A DNA stretch of 64,000 bases from an uncultured Bacteroidales bacterium (GTDB lineage Bacteria; Bacteroidota; Bacteroidia; Bacteroidales; JAKIYJ01). Within the stretch, counting starts at the first letter, position 1. Each line of letters opens with the position of its first letter. The DNA is taken from assembly GCA_964504265.1 (NCBI GenBank), contig CAZDEU010000002.1, positions 22,473 to 86,472 of the forward strand. The letters run 5' to 3'. The position numbers were made by a program, and so were the translations under genes. Of the stretch, positions 1-8,003 are shown in pieces. The notes under the pieces were generated by a model. The model was not told the origin of the DNA, did no database searches, and saw only the letters and a program-made list of their open reading frames with translations.

Positions 1-66
1 AACAATTGTTTGAATACGCAACTAAATTTGATGCTGAAAATTTAATTAAAAAATCATAAATATTTC

Positions 67-97
67 TTGTGTATCTTAATTATTATTATTACATTTA
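67..97 (+). promoter_or_regulatory. Bacteroidota-type promoter (-33 TTG, 20-nt spacer, -7 TAcaTTTA)
   Basis: TTG at 67-69 within cTTGtgta and TACATTTA at 90-97. The architecture and downstream GTAATTAAAAC match the copies at 2103, 3266, 6278, 9793, 10615 and 10888. Confidence 0.5.
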
Positions 98-149
98 TCG
101 TGTAATTAAAACTAAAAAATTGCATTACAATTAATAAAAATTAAAGAAA

Positions 150-356
150 ATGGAAACAGTTATTCAGAAACCAGTAGTTTGGAAGTTATTTGATAATTTC
201 AAAGCTTACACTGAAAGTAAACGTATTGCTAATAAAATAGCTAAGATTACTAGTAGTGAACCATCAGCATTATACTTTAGCAAAACTGGTAAGGAATTTG
301 CATGGGACTTTATAGTTCCAAGCGATAAGGTTACAGCAGTTAGAAGATTAAGGTAA
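150..356 (+). CDS. hypothetical protein (68 aa)
   Basis: ORF about 50 nt downstream of the promoter-like motif. No recognisable motifs. Confidence 0.5.
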   Translation: METVIQKPVVWKLFDNFKAYTESKRIANKIAKITSSEPSALYFSKTGKEFAWDFIVPSDKVTAVRRLR

Positions 357-361
357 TTAAA

Positions 362-454
362 TAGTTAATTGTTGTAGCTCAGACTTGTTTGAAACACAAA
401 GGATGCTACAAATTAAATCTGAGGTCTTAAAGACTATATACCGGAGATTAACTA
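362..454 (+). ncRNA. structured element (three-way junction), function unknown
   Basis: A 7-bp closing stem (AGTTAAT 362-368 / ATTAACT 448-454) encloses two hairpins, TTGTAGC...GCTACAA and AATCT...AGATT. It lies in a 300-nt ORF-free gap. Strand is assumed from context. Confidence 0.25.
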
Positions 455-465
455 TTTATTAAATG

Positions 466-534
466 AGGTCTATAAATCAGTAAGCGCGCCTGATATATTG
501 GTAAATATTGGTTCGATTCCAATTAGACTTTCCA
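466..534 (+). ncRNA. tRNA-like minihelix (acceptor-like stem + canonical T-arm + NCCA), not a canonical tRNA
   Basis: AGGTCTA (466-472) pairs with TAGACTT (524-530). The T-arm is ATTGG-TTCGATT-CCAAT (507-523), followed by T-CCA (531-534). Only about 65 nt lie between the ends, and no D arm or 7-nt anticodon loop can be drawn. Confidence 0.35.
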
Positions 535-591
535 GGCTGATTAACGAATGAGCTTCTTAGGATGAAACACGTGAAAGGCACAGTCACCGAT

Positions 592-637
592 AGCAAAGCG
601 GGCTACCAAAAGTTAAAATACTTTGCTTATTTTTATT
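592..637 (+). terminator. possible intrinsic terminator closing the RNA locus
   Basis: AGCAAAG (592-598) / CTTTGCT (621-627) stem followed by TATTTTTATT. The loop is large (22 nt). Confidence 0.4.
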
Positions 638-664
638 GAAATGATTAAATAACAAAATACTAAT

Positions 665-1096
665 ATGGAAAAATTACAAATTAATTGCCCTGCTGGTTAT
701 GAAATAGATACCGATAAATCAGATTTATCAAAAGGTATTGTATATTTTAAAGAAAGCAAAAAATATTTAAGTTATAATGATGTTGCTAAAGAACTATTTT
801 ATCATAATTATGAAAAAAATAATTCAACCACTAAAGAACAACTTGAATCAATACTGGCATTAAATATGTTATGCAACGTTGCTAAGCACTTGAATGGTGA
901 TTGGTTACCAAAAATTAATAGTTCCGGTAAACATAGAAATTATTGTATTTGTTTTACATCTAATAAATTTGTTATCGATGATTTTACATATGTTCAACAT
1001 AGTAATGTATATTTTAAGTCAAAAGAATTAGCACTTCAAGCAATTGAAATCCTAGGTGAAGAAACGATAATGAAAGCATTAACTTTAAATCACTAA
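665..1096 (+). CDS. hypothetical protein (143 aa)
   Basis: ORF in a tightly packed + strand block, with a 2-nt gap to the next ORF. Confidence 0.6.
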   Translation: MEKLQINCPAGYEIDTDKSDLSKGIVYFKESKKYLSYNDVAKELFYHNYEKNNSTTKEQLESILALNMLCNVAKHLNGDWLPKINSSGKHRNYCICFTSNKFVIDDFTYVQHSNVYFKSKELALQAIEILGEETIMKALTLNH

Positions 1097-1098
1097 TA

Positions 1099-1437
1099 AT
1101 GAAAAAGCAACAAGCTAAAAAACTATCAATTGTTAAATGGGAAGCAATTGTTAAAAATAACGGCAAAGAATTAAATTATAAACAGTTAACTGAGTTAGGG
1201 TTAACTAATTTATTTGCAGATTGTGGTTATTGTGAAAAGTATTTACATGATCTTGAAGACTCTAAAATATGCCGACATTGCCCATTGAATGCTAAGAAAT
1301 TAAATATTAAATATGATAAAGTATTTAATTATGGAGAAGCACATTGTTTATTTAACGATCACCCATATAATATTTGGCAAGAAAATCAAACAGTTGAAAA
1401 TGCAGAACGTATGTTAAACTTAATAATTAAATCTTAA
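1099..1437 (+). CDS. hypothetical Cys-rich protein (112 aa)
   Basis: The CGYCEKY ... CRHCP pattern (CxxC...CxxC) suggests a Zn-binding module. Confidence 0.6.
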   Translation: MKKQQAKKLSIVKWEAIVKNNGKELNYKQLTELGLTNLFADCGYCEKYLHDLEDSKICRHCPLNAKKLNIKYDKVFNYGEAHCLFNDHPYNIWQENQTVENAERMLNLIIKS

Positions 1438-1438
1438 T

Positions 1439-1639
1439 ATGAAAACATTAAAAGCATGCATAATAAGCTTAATAGCAATATTTATACTAGCATACATAAC
1501 CGGTTGCTTAGTAGAAACATCATTTAATGCAGCTACATGGCAATATTCTTTAAGAATGGGGTTATTTATAACTGCAGGAGCAATAATATTGTGTAGCTGG
1601 TTAGCAATTATATTAATTAACTATTTAGATCCAAGATAA
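1439..1639 (+). CDS. small membrane protein (66 aa, two hydrophobic segments)
   Basis: Translation shows LIAIFILAYITGCLV and LFITAGAIILCSWLAIILI. Confidence 0.6.
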   Translation: MKTLKACIISLIAIFILAYITGCLVETSFNAATWQYSLRMGLFITAGAIILCSWLAIILINYLDPR

Positions 1640-2046
1640 TGTGCAACCTAAAAACAAGATATAGAAAGCAAAAACAATTTGTAGGCTACAAAGTAGCTGT
1701 ACATGTAGATGGTAAATTCTATTCACCAGCAACCGGTATTGAATATAAAATTGGGAAGGTTGAAATTCCTAATGAAATTAACATGAAATATGCTACCGGT
1801 GCATTTGAAGATAATTTATTATGCCCGCGCCGGCCGTATTTTAATACTAATATGATTGGAAGAACTGCTGCTTTTGAATATATTGGTGATGCTAGGGGTT
1901 TATTTAATGATATCTTGCCGATGGATATGACTGATGATCTGAAAATTATACAAATCACTTTATCTAGAAGTCTTATGAAAGGCAACTATGATGGTGAAAA
2001 TGTTGTTGCCGGCAAATATATTGAGAGTATTAAAATAGTTCAGTAG
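1639..2046 (+). CDS. hypothetical protein (135 aa)
   Basis: Start overlaps the previous stop (TAATG). The antisense ORF 1719-1985 was judged spurious. Confidence 0.6.
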   Translation: MCNLKTRYRKQKQFVGYKVAVHVDGKFYSPATGIEYKIGKVEIPNEINMKYATGAFEDNLLCPRRPYFNTNMIGRTAAFEYIGDARGLFNDILPMDMTDDLKIIQITLSRSLMKGNYDGENVVAGKYIESIKIVQ

Positions 2047-2102
2047 TTTTATTTATAATTGATATAAATAAGATAATTAAGCAAAAATAATTGTTAAAAA
2101 GC

Positions 2103-2133
2103 TTGTGTACATAGAAATAGCTTACTATCTTTA
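2103..2133 (+). promoter_or_regulatory. Bacteroidota-type promoter (-33 TTG, 20-nt spacer, -7 TAtcTTTA)
   Basis: aaaaGCTTGTGTA ... TAGCTTACTATCTTTA. The upstream ATTGATATAAATAA..AATAAT..AAAAATAA block is shared with the copy at 10888. Confidence 0.6.
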
Positions 2134-2165
2134 TATCGTAATTAAAACAATAAAACTTGACAAAA

Positions 2166-3083
2166 ATGGCAACAACAATTAAATTAAACAAAATCGGTGA
2201 CTACCAAATGATCACCAAAAATTTCTCTCTCTGCAATACTGCTTTCACCTCAGCAAAAGTTAAAGTATCGATTGGTACAACTGAAACTGAAGTTACTCTT
2301 AAGTTAGAAGCTAATAACCACGTAGTTTGTGTTATTCCTGAACAAATTTCGAATGTAATATCCGGATTAGGATTTTCAACAGATTGGACTGATCTTAAAG
2401 CTGATTTCATTGATTTCATTCAAAATCGTGAACAACGTGAAAAGGAAGCAAAAGAAGCAAAACGTCGTGCTGAATATATTAATAGTCCAATGCATGGTTA
2501 TATTGAAACTCTTAAAGCAATTGCTGCTAAAGACGTTGTTATCAGGCCATCAATGACTTTAGAATATTTTTTGCAAAACACGTATAATAGAGAGTTTGAT
2601 ATTATTGTTGAATACAAAGGAGTTAGCGGATTTATTAAAAATAACAACAAAATTTATAAATCAGGGTCATGGCATGCTGAAAAGACTGATAGATGTTGGA
2701 TTGCTAATTTCAATTACAAAAATGTACGTTACAGCACTTTAGATAAAGCTTATAAAGCTTTAATTACAAAAATATCAGAAAAGATTGCTGCAGACGAAGC
2801 TAAATCCAAAGCTGAAATTGAAAAGAAACTTAAGTTACACAGCACTTTAGAACTTTTAAAATCTACCTTCCCTGAATTTGAATCAAAATCAGAAGAAAAA
2901 TGGTATTCATATGGTCATGGTAGTCATGCAACTGGACGTAGTTATACTGAATATACTATTAATAAATTGGTAATCTCAGTTAACAATCAACCAGAATCTG
3001 AAGTAACATTTAACTGCTTTGGGTTCAATAACTTAACTGCAGAAGAAGTTAAACAAATAATGAAAATCGGTTTAAAGAAATAA
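2166..3083 (+). CDS. hypothetical protein (305 aa from first ATG)
   Basis: The track ORF starts at TTG 2157. The first ATG is at 2166, about 30 nt after the -7 box. The middle is Lys/Glu-rich. Confidence 0.6.
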   Translation: MATTIKLNKIGDYQMITKNFSLCNTAFTSAKVKVSIGTTETEVTLKLEANNHVVCVIPEQISNVISGLGFSTDWTDLKADFIDFIQNREQREKEAKEAKRRAEYINSPMHGYIETLKAIAAKDVVIRPSMTLEYFLQNTYNREFDIIVEYKGVSGFIKNNNKIYKSGSWHAEKTDRCWIANFNYKNVRYSTLDKAYKALITKISEKIAADEAKSKAEIEKKLKLHSTLELLKSTFPEFESKSEEKWYSYGHGSHATGRSYTEYTINKLVISVNNQPESEVTFNCFGFNNLTAEEVKQIMKIGLKK

Positions 3084-3119
3084 CCTGCTTTTTACCTGTC
3101 AAGTTTAGGCAGGAGTTAG

Positions 3120-3156
3120 CCCAGTCGCTTGTTATAGTGGCTGGGTTATTTTGTTT
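3120..3156 (+). terminator. intrinsic terminator
   Basis: CCCAGTCGC (3120-3128) / GTGGCTGGG (3137-3145) form a 9-bp stem including G.T pairs, followed by TTATTTTGTTT. Confidence 0.6.
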
Positions 3157-3265
3157 ACGTTAACTACAATTAAATCTTATCTATGATAGTACATGTAAAT
3201 TCAAATATTCGAATGTCATGCGATTAACTATTTTTAAAATAATCGAAAAATAATTAGTGAAAAGC

Positions 3266-3296
3266 TTGTGTATTTAATATTAGCATACTATCTTTA
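3266..3296 (+). promoter_or_regulatory. Bacteroidota-type promoter (-33 TTG, 20-nt spacer, -7 TAtcTTTA)
   Basis: aaaaGCTTGTGTA ... TAGCATACTATCTTTA, 25 nt before ATG 3321. Confidence 0.6.
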
Positions 3297-3320
3297 GAGC
3301 ATAATTAAAATTTTAGCAAG

Positions 3321-3635
3321 ATGAAAACACAATTAGCATTACAGCCGGCAACACAGAGAAAAACATATTATGTATCTCTTTATAAAAATGAACCTACTTA
3401 TAAAAACAAGCAATTATTTTTTGCTTATTATGGCGAAGATTATCCTACAGAGCATGATGCGAAAATGGAAGCAATTAAAGATTTTTTAAGTAAACAGGGC
3501 GCCTGCGGTTTCTATAATACCGTAACATTGACAGAACATAATGGAATCCAATTGGCGGATGCAAACGAACCATATATGATGAAAAGTGCAATTGTTAAAA
3601 TACTTGCTGTAAAAAGAGTAAAATTATACCGCTAA
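3321..3635 (+). CDS. hypothetical protein (104 aa)
   Basis: ORF flanked by a promoter (3266) and a terminator (3657). Confidence 0.6.
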   Translation: MKTQLALQPATQRKTYYVSLYKNEPTYKNKQLFFAYYGEDYPTEHDAKMEAIKDFLSKQGACGFYNTVTLTEHNGIQLADANEPYMMKSAIVKILAVKRVKLYR

Positions 3636-3656
3636 ATTCTAGTGGAATTTATTTAA

Positions 3657-3687
3657 CCCTTGTATTAATTTACAGGGGTTTCTTTTT
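3657..3687 (+). terminator. intrinsic terminator
   Basis: CCCTTGT (3657-3663) / ACAGGGG (3672-3678) stem followed by TTTCTTTTT. Confidence 0.65.
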
Positions 3688-4231
3688 GACTATATATCAC
3701 ATAATTTTAAATATTCGAATGTCATTGAGTTAATATACTTACAGATGTTAAAATCCTATATAAGTATCATTATCATTAGAGCAACGAATATTAGTCTAGC
3801 CAGCGTTCTACTGTTTCAAGGAAATTTCCGCATACGTATACTTTTGGTATTTGAATTTCAAAATTACTATAAAAATAGTGATTCGCTAATATATTGATAT
3901 CCAGATCTTAAATGCAAGTTAGATAATTTTATAAATATTTCCGCAGCTACGAACTTTGATTTTATTGCAATTCCATCCAGCATAATACTATTCCTCTTTA
4001 ACATCTCCGGCGGTTGGAAAGATCATTGCTAATTAGCTTACACAAAGTAGACTACGATGATAGCTCGTTGCGGCATAATATGATTTGTATATTTAGTTAG
4101 CATTGTTAGCGTTCAACTGTTGGATGCCGCAGAAAAATAATTCGAGAAATTGTTATATAGTGCCTGTAATAACTAACAATGATTTCAATATACACGGCAA
4201 TCTGATTGGTCCGACTTGCAATCACTAAAAA

Positions 4232-4313
4232 ATAAAAAATCGAATTTACCTACTGTACGATTCGATGATTTCAATCGATTCGAAGGAATTTTCTGCCAGA
4301 TACAAAGTATATA
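4232..4313 (+). repeat. degenerate direct repeat A, copy 1
   Basis: ATAAAAAATCGA ... GATTCGAAGGAATTTTCTGCCAGATACA aligns with copy 2 about 305 nt downstream. Confidence 0.6.
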
Positions 4314-4538
4314 CAACGGCGCCAATTAGTTACAATGATTAGATTAGCTTATGTAATTATACAGCAGTTAGTACTGATCATGCACCAAAAATTTTAAAAA
4401 TCTTACCAAAGTTTGACAACTAAATTTTACTTGCCATGTACATCACGCAGAAATTTCTTTCGAATCGAACTTAAAGTAAAGCTTGAAGTAAAATCATGAT
4501 CATTATATATAGCTACTTAAGCTAATATTATTTTTTTT

Positions 4539-4607
4539 ATAAAAAATCGATGCAGCTACGAAATCACTTTTTCACTTGATTCGAAGGATTTTCATGCTAG
4601 TTATACA
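4539..4607 (+). repeat. degenerate direct repeat A, copy 2
   Basis: ATAAAAAATCGA ... GATTCGAAGGATTTTCATGCTAGTTATACA. A third, weaker copy lies around 3925-3990. Confidence 0.6.
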
Positions 4608-4826
4608 TTATCTTATTTAACTGCAAGTAGTTACACTGGCTATAAAATGATTTATCAATCAGTCCACGCGTACGATATGCTTAACGATGCTATCTAGAAA
4701 GGTAGGCCTAGGCATAAAGTGACAATTATCTTAAGAAAATCAATTCCCAGATAGTTACGTGCATAGCTACCCTTGTAACTATTTAATACTGGCCGCATAA
4801 GAAAATACCCTGAGATATACAGATAA

Positions 4827-4880
4827 GTCTAAAAATAATTCCTAGTAGAATGCTAGATTCTTTATGGCTTAAATGCTAAC
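4827..4880 (+). repeat. direct repeat B, copy 1
   Basis: GTCTAAAAATAATTCCTAGTAGAATGCTAGATTCTTTATGGCTTAAATGCTAAC. Confidence 0.65.
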
Positions 4881-4973
4881 TCCGTCTGTGTAATAATAAG
4901 TTACAAGGGCAATGAATAAGATAACTAGCAATTTAAGCTCTGCCTCTAAATCTATGCAGCAGCACAATTATAT

Positions 4974-5026
4974 GTCTAAAATATTTTCCTAGGAGAATGC
5001 TAGTTCTTTTATGGCATTAATGCAAC
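4974..5026 (+). repeat. direct repeat B, copy 2
   Basis: GTCTAAAATATTTTCCTAGGAGAATGCTAGTTCTTTTATGGCATTAATGCAAC. About 85% identical to copy 1, 147 nt downstream. Confidence 0.65.
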
Positions 5027-5393
5027 ATATATAAATATCTATACATAATAAGTGTATAGCAGTTATTATATACTAACATGCATGCAACTACTTATGTATT
5101 TAGCATTTCTGAAAAATAATGCTAATTAGATTAAGTATTTCATGGTAAGTTGATTCTTAATTTTCCGATACGTGATGCAGGAAAGCTAATTCAGTACTTA
5201 AGTACTGAAATTATAATCAACTATTAACCAATCGACTAATCAATTTCATAACGTATCGTCTAACATGCGGAGATATCTTTGTTGCCGGCATGCTAATGTA
5301 GATATGGAAGAACCTATACTGATATAAAATAATTGTTAAATAATTAGGAATCAACAAATATATTCACTACATTTATCCTTTAAATTAAATAAT

Positions 5394-5627
5394 ATGCATG
5401 AAATTTCAATGACTGAGTTATGTGAAGAACATAACAAATTAATTGATGAACATAATGCTTTAAAAGCAAACTATGAATCATTAGAAGGAAAATTTGATAG
5501 AATGACTAAATTAGCTGAAATGGCAACTGATATAGCTATTGCAAAAGAAACATATATTCAAGCCCAATCTAATGAAATAGCTAGATTACATGCATTATTA
5601 CGTTTAGCTAATATACATTACATATGA
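5394..5627 (+). CDS. hypothetical coiled-coil protein (77 aa)
   Basis: Heptad-like, Glu/Lys/Ala-rich translation. Confidence 0.55.
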   Translation: MHEISMTELCEEHNKLIDEHNALKANYESLEGKFDRMTKLAEMATDIAIAKETYIQAQSNEIARLHALLRLANIHYI

Positions 5628-5782
5628 TAACATTCATCATTAAACTAGTAATAGGTATAATAATAGCAGCTATAGCAGTAACGCTATTCTTATGGATAAT
5701 ATTACCAATAATCTGTATAATAATTTTTGCTTTCCTACTAATAGGATTAATATATTTAATCATTAAACTATTAACAAGATGA
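5624..5782 (+). CDS. small hydrophobic membrane peptide (52 aa, not in ORF track)
   Basis: ATGA overlap with the previous stop and ATGA-type overlap with the next start. Translation is MITFIIKLVIGIIIAAIAVTLFLWIILPIICIIIFAFLLIGLIYLIIKLLTR. Confidence 0.5.
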   Translation: MITFIIKLVIGIIIAAIAVTLFLWIILPIICIIIFAFLLIGLIYLIIKLLTR

Positions 5783-6021
5783 AAACAAAACAAACAAAAG
5801 CTACTATATCATCAGTAGCAGTAATACTATTAATAGTATCATACATAATGTCATATGTAGTATTTAATCCAATAACAGTACTTACATATACATTAATAGC
5901 ATTATCAGTATTAACTGTATTAGCAACATTATTTGTTATCTACATTATACTAATAGCAAGTTATGTTGATTTTACTGAAGCTGCTGATGAACAATTTGAA
6001 TATCCTAGTACTAAATTCTAA
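5779..6021 (+). CDS. membrane protein (80 aa, two TM segments)
   Basis: Hydrophobic translation. The antisense track ORF 5608-5793 is considered a mirror artefact. Confidence 0.6.
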   Translation: MKTKQTKATISSVAVILLIVSYIMSYVVFNPITVLTYTLIALSVLTVLATLFVIYIILIASYVDFTEAADEQFEYPSTKF

Positions 6022-6062
6022 ATACTTAAGTAACTACTTTTTAATTAATATCTTTTTATTAT

Positions 6063-6221
6063 ATGCAAAAACAAAGCGTTACACTGGCATTACTATTCAT
6101 AATATTTATAGCAGTAACAACTATATTACCAATTAAAAATACAATAGTAGATGCTGGATATATAGTATTTGCTATAGCAAGTTTATCTATTGTATTAGCA
6201 AACTGGAAATACATAAAATAA
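6063..6221 (+). CDS. small hydrophobic membrane peptide (52 aa, not in ORF track)
   Basis: MQKQSVTLALLFIIFIAVTTILPIKNTIVDAGYIVFAIASLSIVLANWKYIK. This is the third consecutive small membrane ORF. Confidence 0.45.
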   Translation: MQKQSVTLALLFIIFIAVTTILPIKNTIVDAGYIVFAIASLSIVLANWKYIK

Positions 6222-6277
6222 CAGTATTGCTAGCCTACTTCGCTAACAAAATTTATTTAAAATAAATCAGATTTCTC

Positions 6278-6308
6278 TTGGATTTCTGATAATAGCATAC
6301 TATCTTTA
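6278..6308 (+). promoter_or_regulatory. Bacteroidota-type promoter (-33 TTG, 20-nt spacer, -7 TAtcTTTA)
   Basis: cTTGgatttctgataatagcatacTATCTTTA. It lies inside the 45-nt block 6261-6305, which is repeated exactly at 10309-10353. Confidence 0.55.
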
Positions 6309-6331
6309 TGGCATAATTAAAAACAAAGATT

Positions 6332-6565
6332 ATGCAAGCAAATATCGAAAACTTCAAAGAAATGTTAAATAAAGCAAATGGTAATAAAGTAGAAATGCAA
6401 AAAGCATTTGACAGAATTACTTCTTATTTAGCTTCTTCTGTATTGGGTAGAGATTTTAACGAAACAGTTGAAAGTTATTTAAACAGAAAGCCAAATATTA
6501 AAGAAATACATGACTGGTCAAAGAAAGTAATAATAAGTCCAAATTTCACAATAATAGCAATATAA
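6332..6565 (+). CDS. hypothetical protein (77 aa)
   Basis: ORF 24 nt after the -7 box. Confidence 0.6.
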   Translation: MQANIENFKEMLNKANGNKVEMQKAFDRITSYLASSVLGRDFNETVESYLNRKPNIKEIHDWSKKVIISPNFTIIAI

Positions 6566-6768
6566 TGAAAAAGATAATTGACATACCAGAATATATAGTA
6601 AAAGACCTTAAAAAATTAGCGGTTGATGAAAATGTTGATTTAAAAAACTACATTCAAAACAAGCTAATAAAAATAGTCGAATTATCAAAAGTTAAATATT
6701 GTACTTGTGATAAAAATACAGATGGCAGCCAAAATAAAATATGTGATGGTGATTGTCTGTTTCATTAA
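6565..6768 (+). CDS. hypothetical protein with Cys-rich C-terminus (67 aa)
   Basis: Start overlaps the previous stop. The C-terminus reads CTCDKNTDGSQNKICDGDC. Confidence 0.6.
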   Translation: MKKIIDIPEYIVKDLKKLAVDENVDLKNYIQNKLIKIVELSKVKYCTCDKNTDGSQNKICDGDCLFH

Positions 6769-6774
6769 TATGAC

Positions 6775-6895
6775 TTATAACGGTGAGTATTGGCGTTGTT
6801 GCCATCATAGAACTTAATTAATAACACTAAAATATAAAATTATGGAAAACTTATCAGAAAATACGAAAGGCAATAACGCTAATACTGTGTTATCG
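6775..6895 (+). repeat. attC-like imperfect inverted repeat E0 (121 bp)
   Basis: R'' is TTATAAC (6775-6781) and R' is GTTATCG (6889-6895). Arms GAGTATTGGCG (6785-6795) and CGCTAATACT (6877-6886) pair over 10 bp including one G.T. Confidence 0.55.
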
Positions 6896-7042
6896 GCTGG
6901 CTATTCTTACAAAATAGGCAAATTTCAAATAATACTTGATGAAGATACTGAAGAATTGAAAATAATAGTACACACCAACAAAGATAGGATGACGATAAAA
7001 CCAAATACGGATAATAGTTGCACTCTTATAGCTTGCCGATAA
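6842..7042 (+). CDS. cassette ORF, hypothetical (66 aa; start uncertain)
   Basis: The ATG at 6842 lies in the apical loop of E0, and the ORF reads through the E0 R' box. The stop TAA (7040-7042) is embedded in the E1 R'' box. Confidence 0.4.
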   Translation: MENLSENTKGNNANTVLSAGYSYKIGKFQIILDEDTEELKIIVHTNKDRMTIKPNTDNSCTLIACR

Positions 7043-7164
7043 CGTTTTGCATAAGACCAGTAAAGGAATGCGAGATATGAACTATCAAGATAAACAACAG
7101 TTTGAACGGGCTGTAATGCTGAAATTACCGATACAACCTTTATTGGTTTTATGCGGTGTTACCG
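7037..7164 (+). repeat. attC-like imperfect inverted repeat E1 (128 bp)
   Basis: R'' is CGATAAC and R' is GTTACCG. Arms TTGCATAAGACCA (7046-7058) and TGGTTTTATGCGG (7144-7156) pair over 13 bp including 3 G.T. Confidence 0.6.
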
Positions 7165-7229
7165 CCCGTTTTTATTAATCTTTAAATCAATTTATTATAA
7201 GCAAAAAACTCGAAATATTAAAACAATCA

Positions 7230-7685
7230 TTGGCGAAAAAAGAACAGCAATTAAACGCCAAACTTGACCAACATTTTGCAACCGTAAAACAAGCAAACGG
7301 GCAACCGCTTAACGACAAAAGAAACGAACAAGCTACATTAAACAAGTGGGAGCGACAAAATGAAAGTATTAGAACAATGCAAAAAAGCATTGAAGCGACT
7401 AAACAGGCAATTGAAATTGAAGAAGGCAAAATAAGAGGAGTTGAACACGCTAATACTTTTATACCTGCTGAAATTCAAAAGCTGGTTGAAACTGGAGAAC
7501 TAATTCAATGGCGAAAACACCCACATACATTTTTTGTTGCTGGAGTTGATAAGGCTCGAATTGTTTGGGATGAAAAACGCAAAGTAGTTGCCCATAAGTT
7601 TGTCAGTGAAATAACTATTCAAGAACAGCGGGCAAAATTTGTCAGAATATACAATCCGCTGAACGCTCTTTTAAATGGGCGGTAA
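7230..7685 (+). CDS. cassette ORF, hypothetical protein (151 aa)
   Basis: Visibly more G+C-rich than the backbone (38% in 7231-7290). The stop TAA (7683-7685) lies inside the E2 R'' box CGGTAAC. Confidence 0.65.
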   Translation: MAKKEQQLNAKLDQHFATVKQANGQPLNDKRNEQATLNKWERQNESIRTMQKSIEATKQAIEIEEGKIRGVEHANTFIPAEIQKLVETGELIQWRKHPHTFFVAGVDKARIVWDEKRKVVAHKFVSEITIQEQRAKFVRIYNPLNALLNGR

Positions 7686-7812
7686 CGGCTGCGGCTAAAC
7701 TGCGTTGCCGATTAAAACGCAGAAACTTATCAAATTACAACAATGGACGAAAGAGATTATAAAGCTATGAATAAGCACGAAAACGGCAATGAAGTTTTAG
7801 CCGTTGTTAGCT
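7680..7812 (+). repeat. attC-like imperfect inverted repeat E2 (133 bp)
   Basis: R'' is CGGTAAC (7680-7686) and R' is GTTAGCT (7806-7812). Arms are CGGCTAAA (7692-7699) and TTTAGCCG (7796-7803). Confidence 0.5.
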
Positions 7813-8003
7813 GCTGGGCTGTATTATTACAATGGACGACAGGGTGTGAGGCGGATGCAGAATCAACGGAAGTAAAAGCTATATTTATGACTAAACAACA
7901 GGCTGATGAATATTGCAAAATACTAAAGCCTAAAATAAAATGGCATCAATATTATCAGGGCTGCTTAGAAGTTGAAGAAGTGCCTTTCGAGCCTTGCAGC
8001 TAA
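7743..8003 (+). CDS. cassette ORF, hypothetical (86 aa as tracked; in-frame ATG at 7887 would give 38 aa)
   Basis: The first 23 codons overlap the right arm and R' box of E2, so the true start may be downstream. The stop TAA (8001-8003) is embedded in the E3 R'' box. Confidence 0.45.
   Translation: MDERDYKAMNKHENGNEVLAVVSCWAVLLQWTTGCEADAESTEVKAIFMTKQQADEYCKILKPKIKWHQYYQGCLEVEEVPFEPCS

Larger units (their letters stand above)
3690..5390. other. 1.7-kb ORF-free tract with degenerate direct repeats
   Basis: No ORF of 60 aa or more on either strand, in an otherwise gene-dense genome. It contains the repeat families listed below, GCAGCTACGAA at 3943-3953 and 4552-4562, and many (C)CGCA(G/T) motifs. 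Confidence 0.7.

Noticed and set aside
466-534. A canonical tRNA gene, suggested by GGTTCGATTCC followed by CCA.
   Set aside because: Only about 65 nt lie between the acceptor halves. No D arm can be drawn, the only internal hairpin (ATCAG/CTGAT) has a 9-nt loop, and the first base pair is A-T. It is kept only as a tRNA-like element.
362-600. A hammerhead or other small ribozyme in the three-way-junction RNA.
   Set aside because: The candidate core strings (CTGAGGT at 418, CTGATTA at 537, GAAAC at 388 and 566) each deviate at invariant positions and are not in the required order relative to the stems.
3690-5390. A CRISPR array or tRNA cluster in the ORF-free tract.
   Set aside because: The repeats are degenerate (about 85% identity or lower), of unequal length and irregularly spaced. 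No cas genes are present. All TTCGAAT/TTCGATT occurrences lack flanking 5-bp T-stems.
5608-5793. A tracked antisense 61-aa ORF.
   Set aside because: It mirrors the hydrophobic + strand peptide 5624-5782, which has coupled start/stop overlaps with its neighbours. This is an antisense artefact of AT-rich codons.
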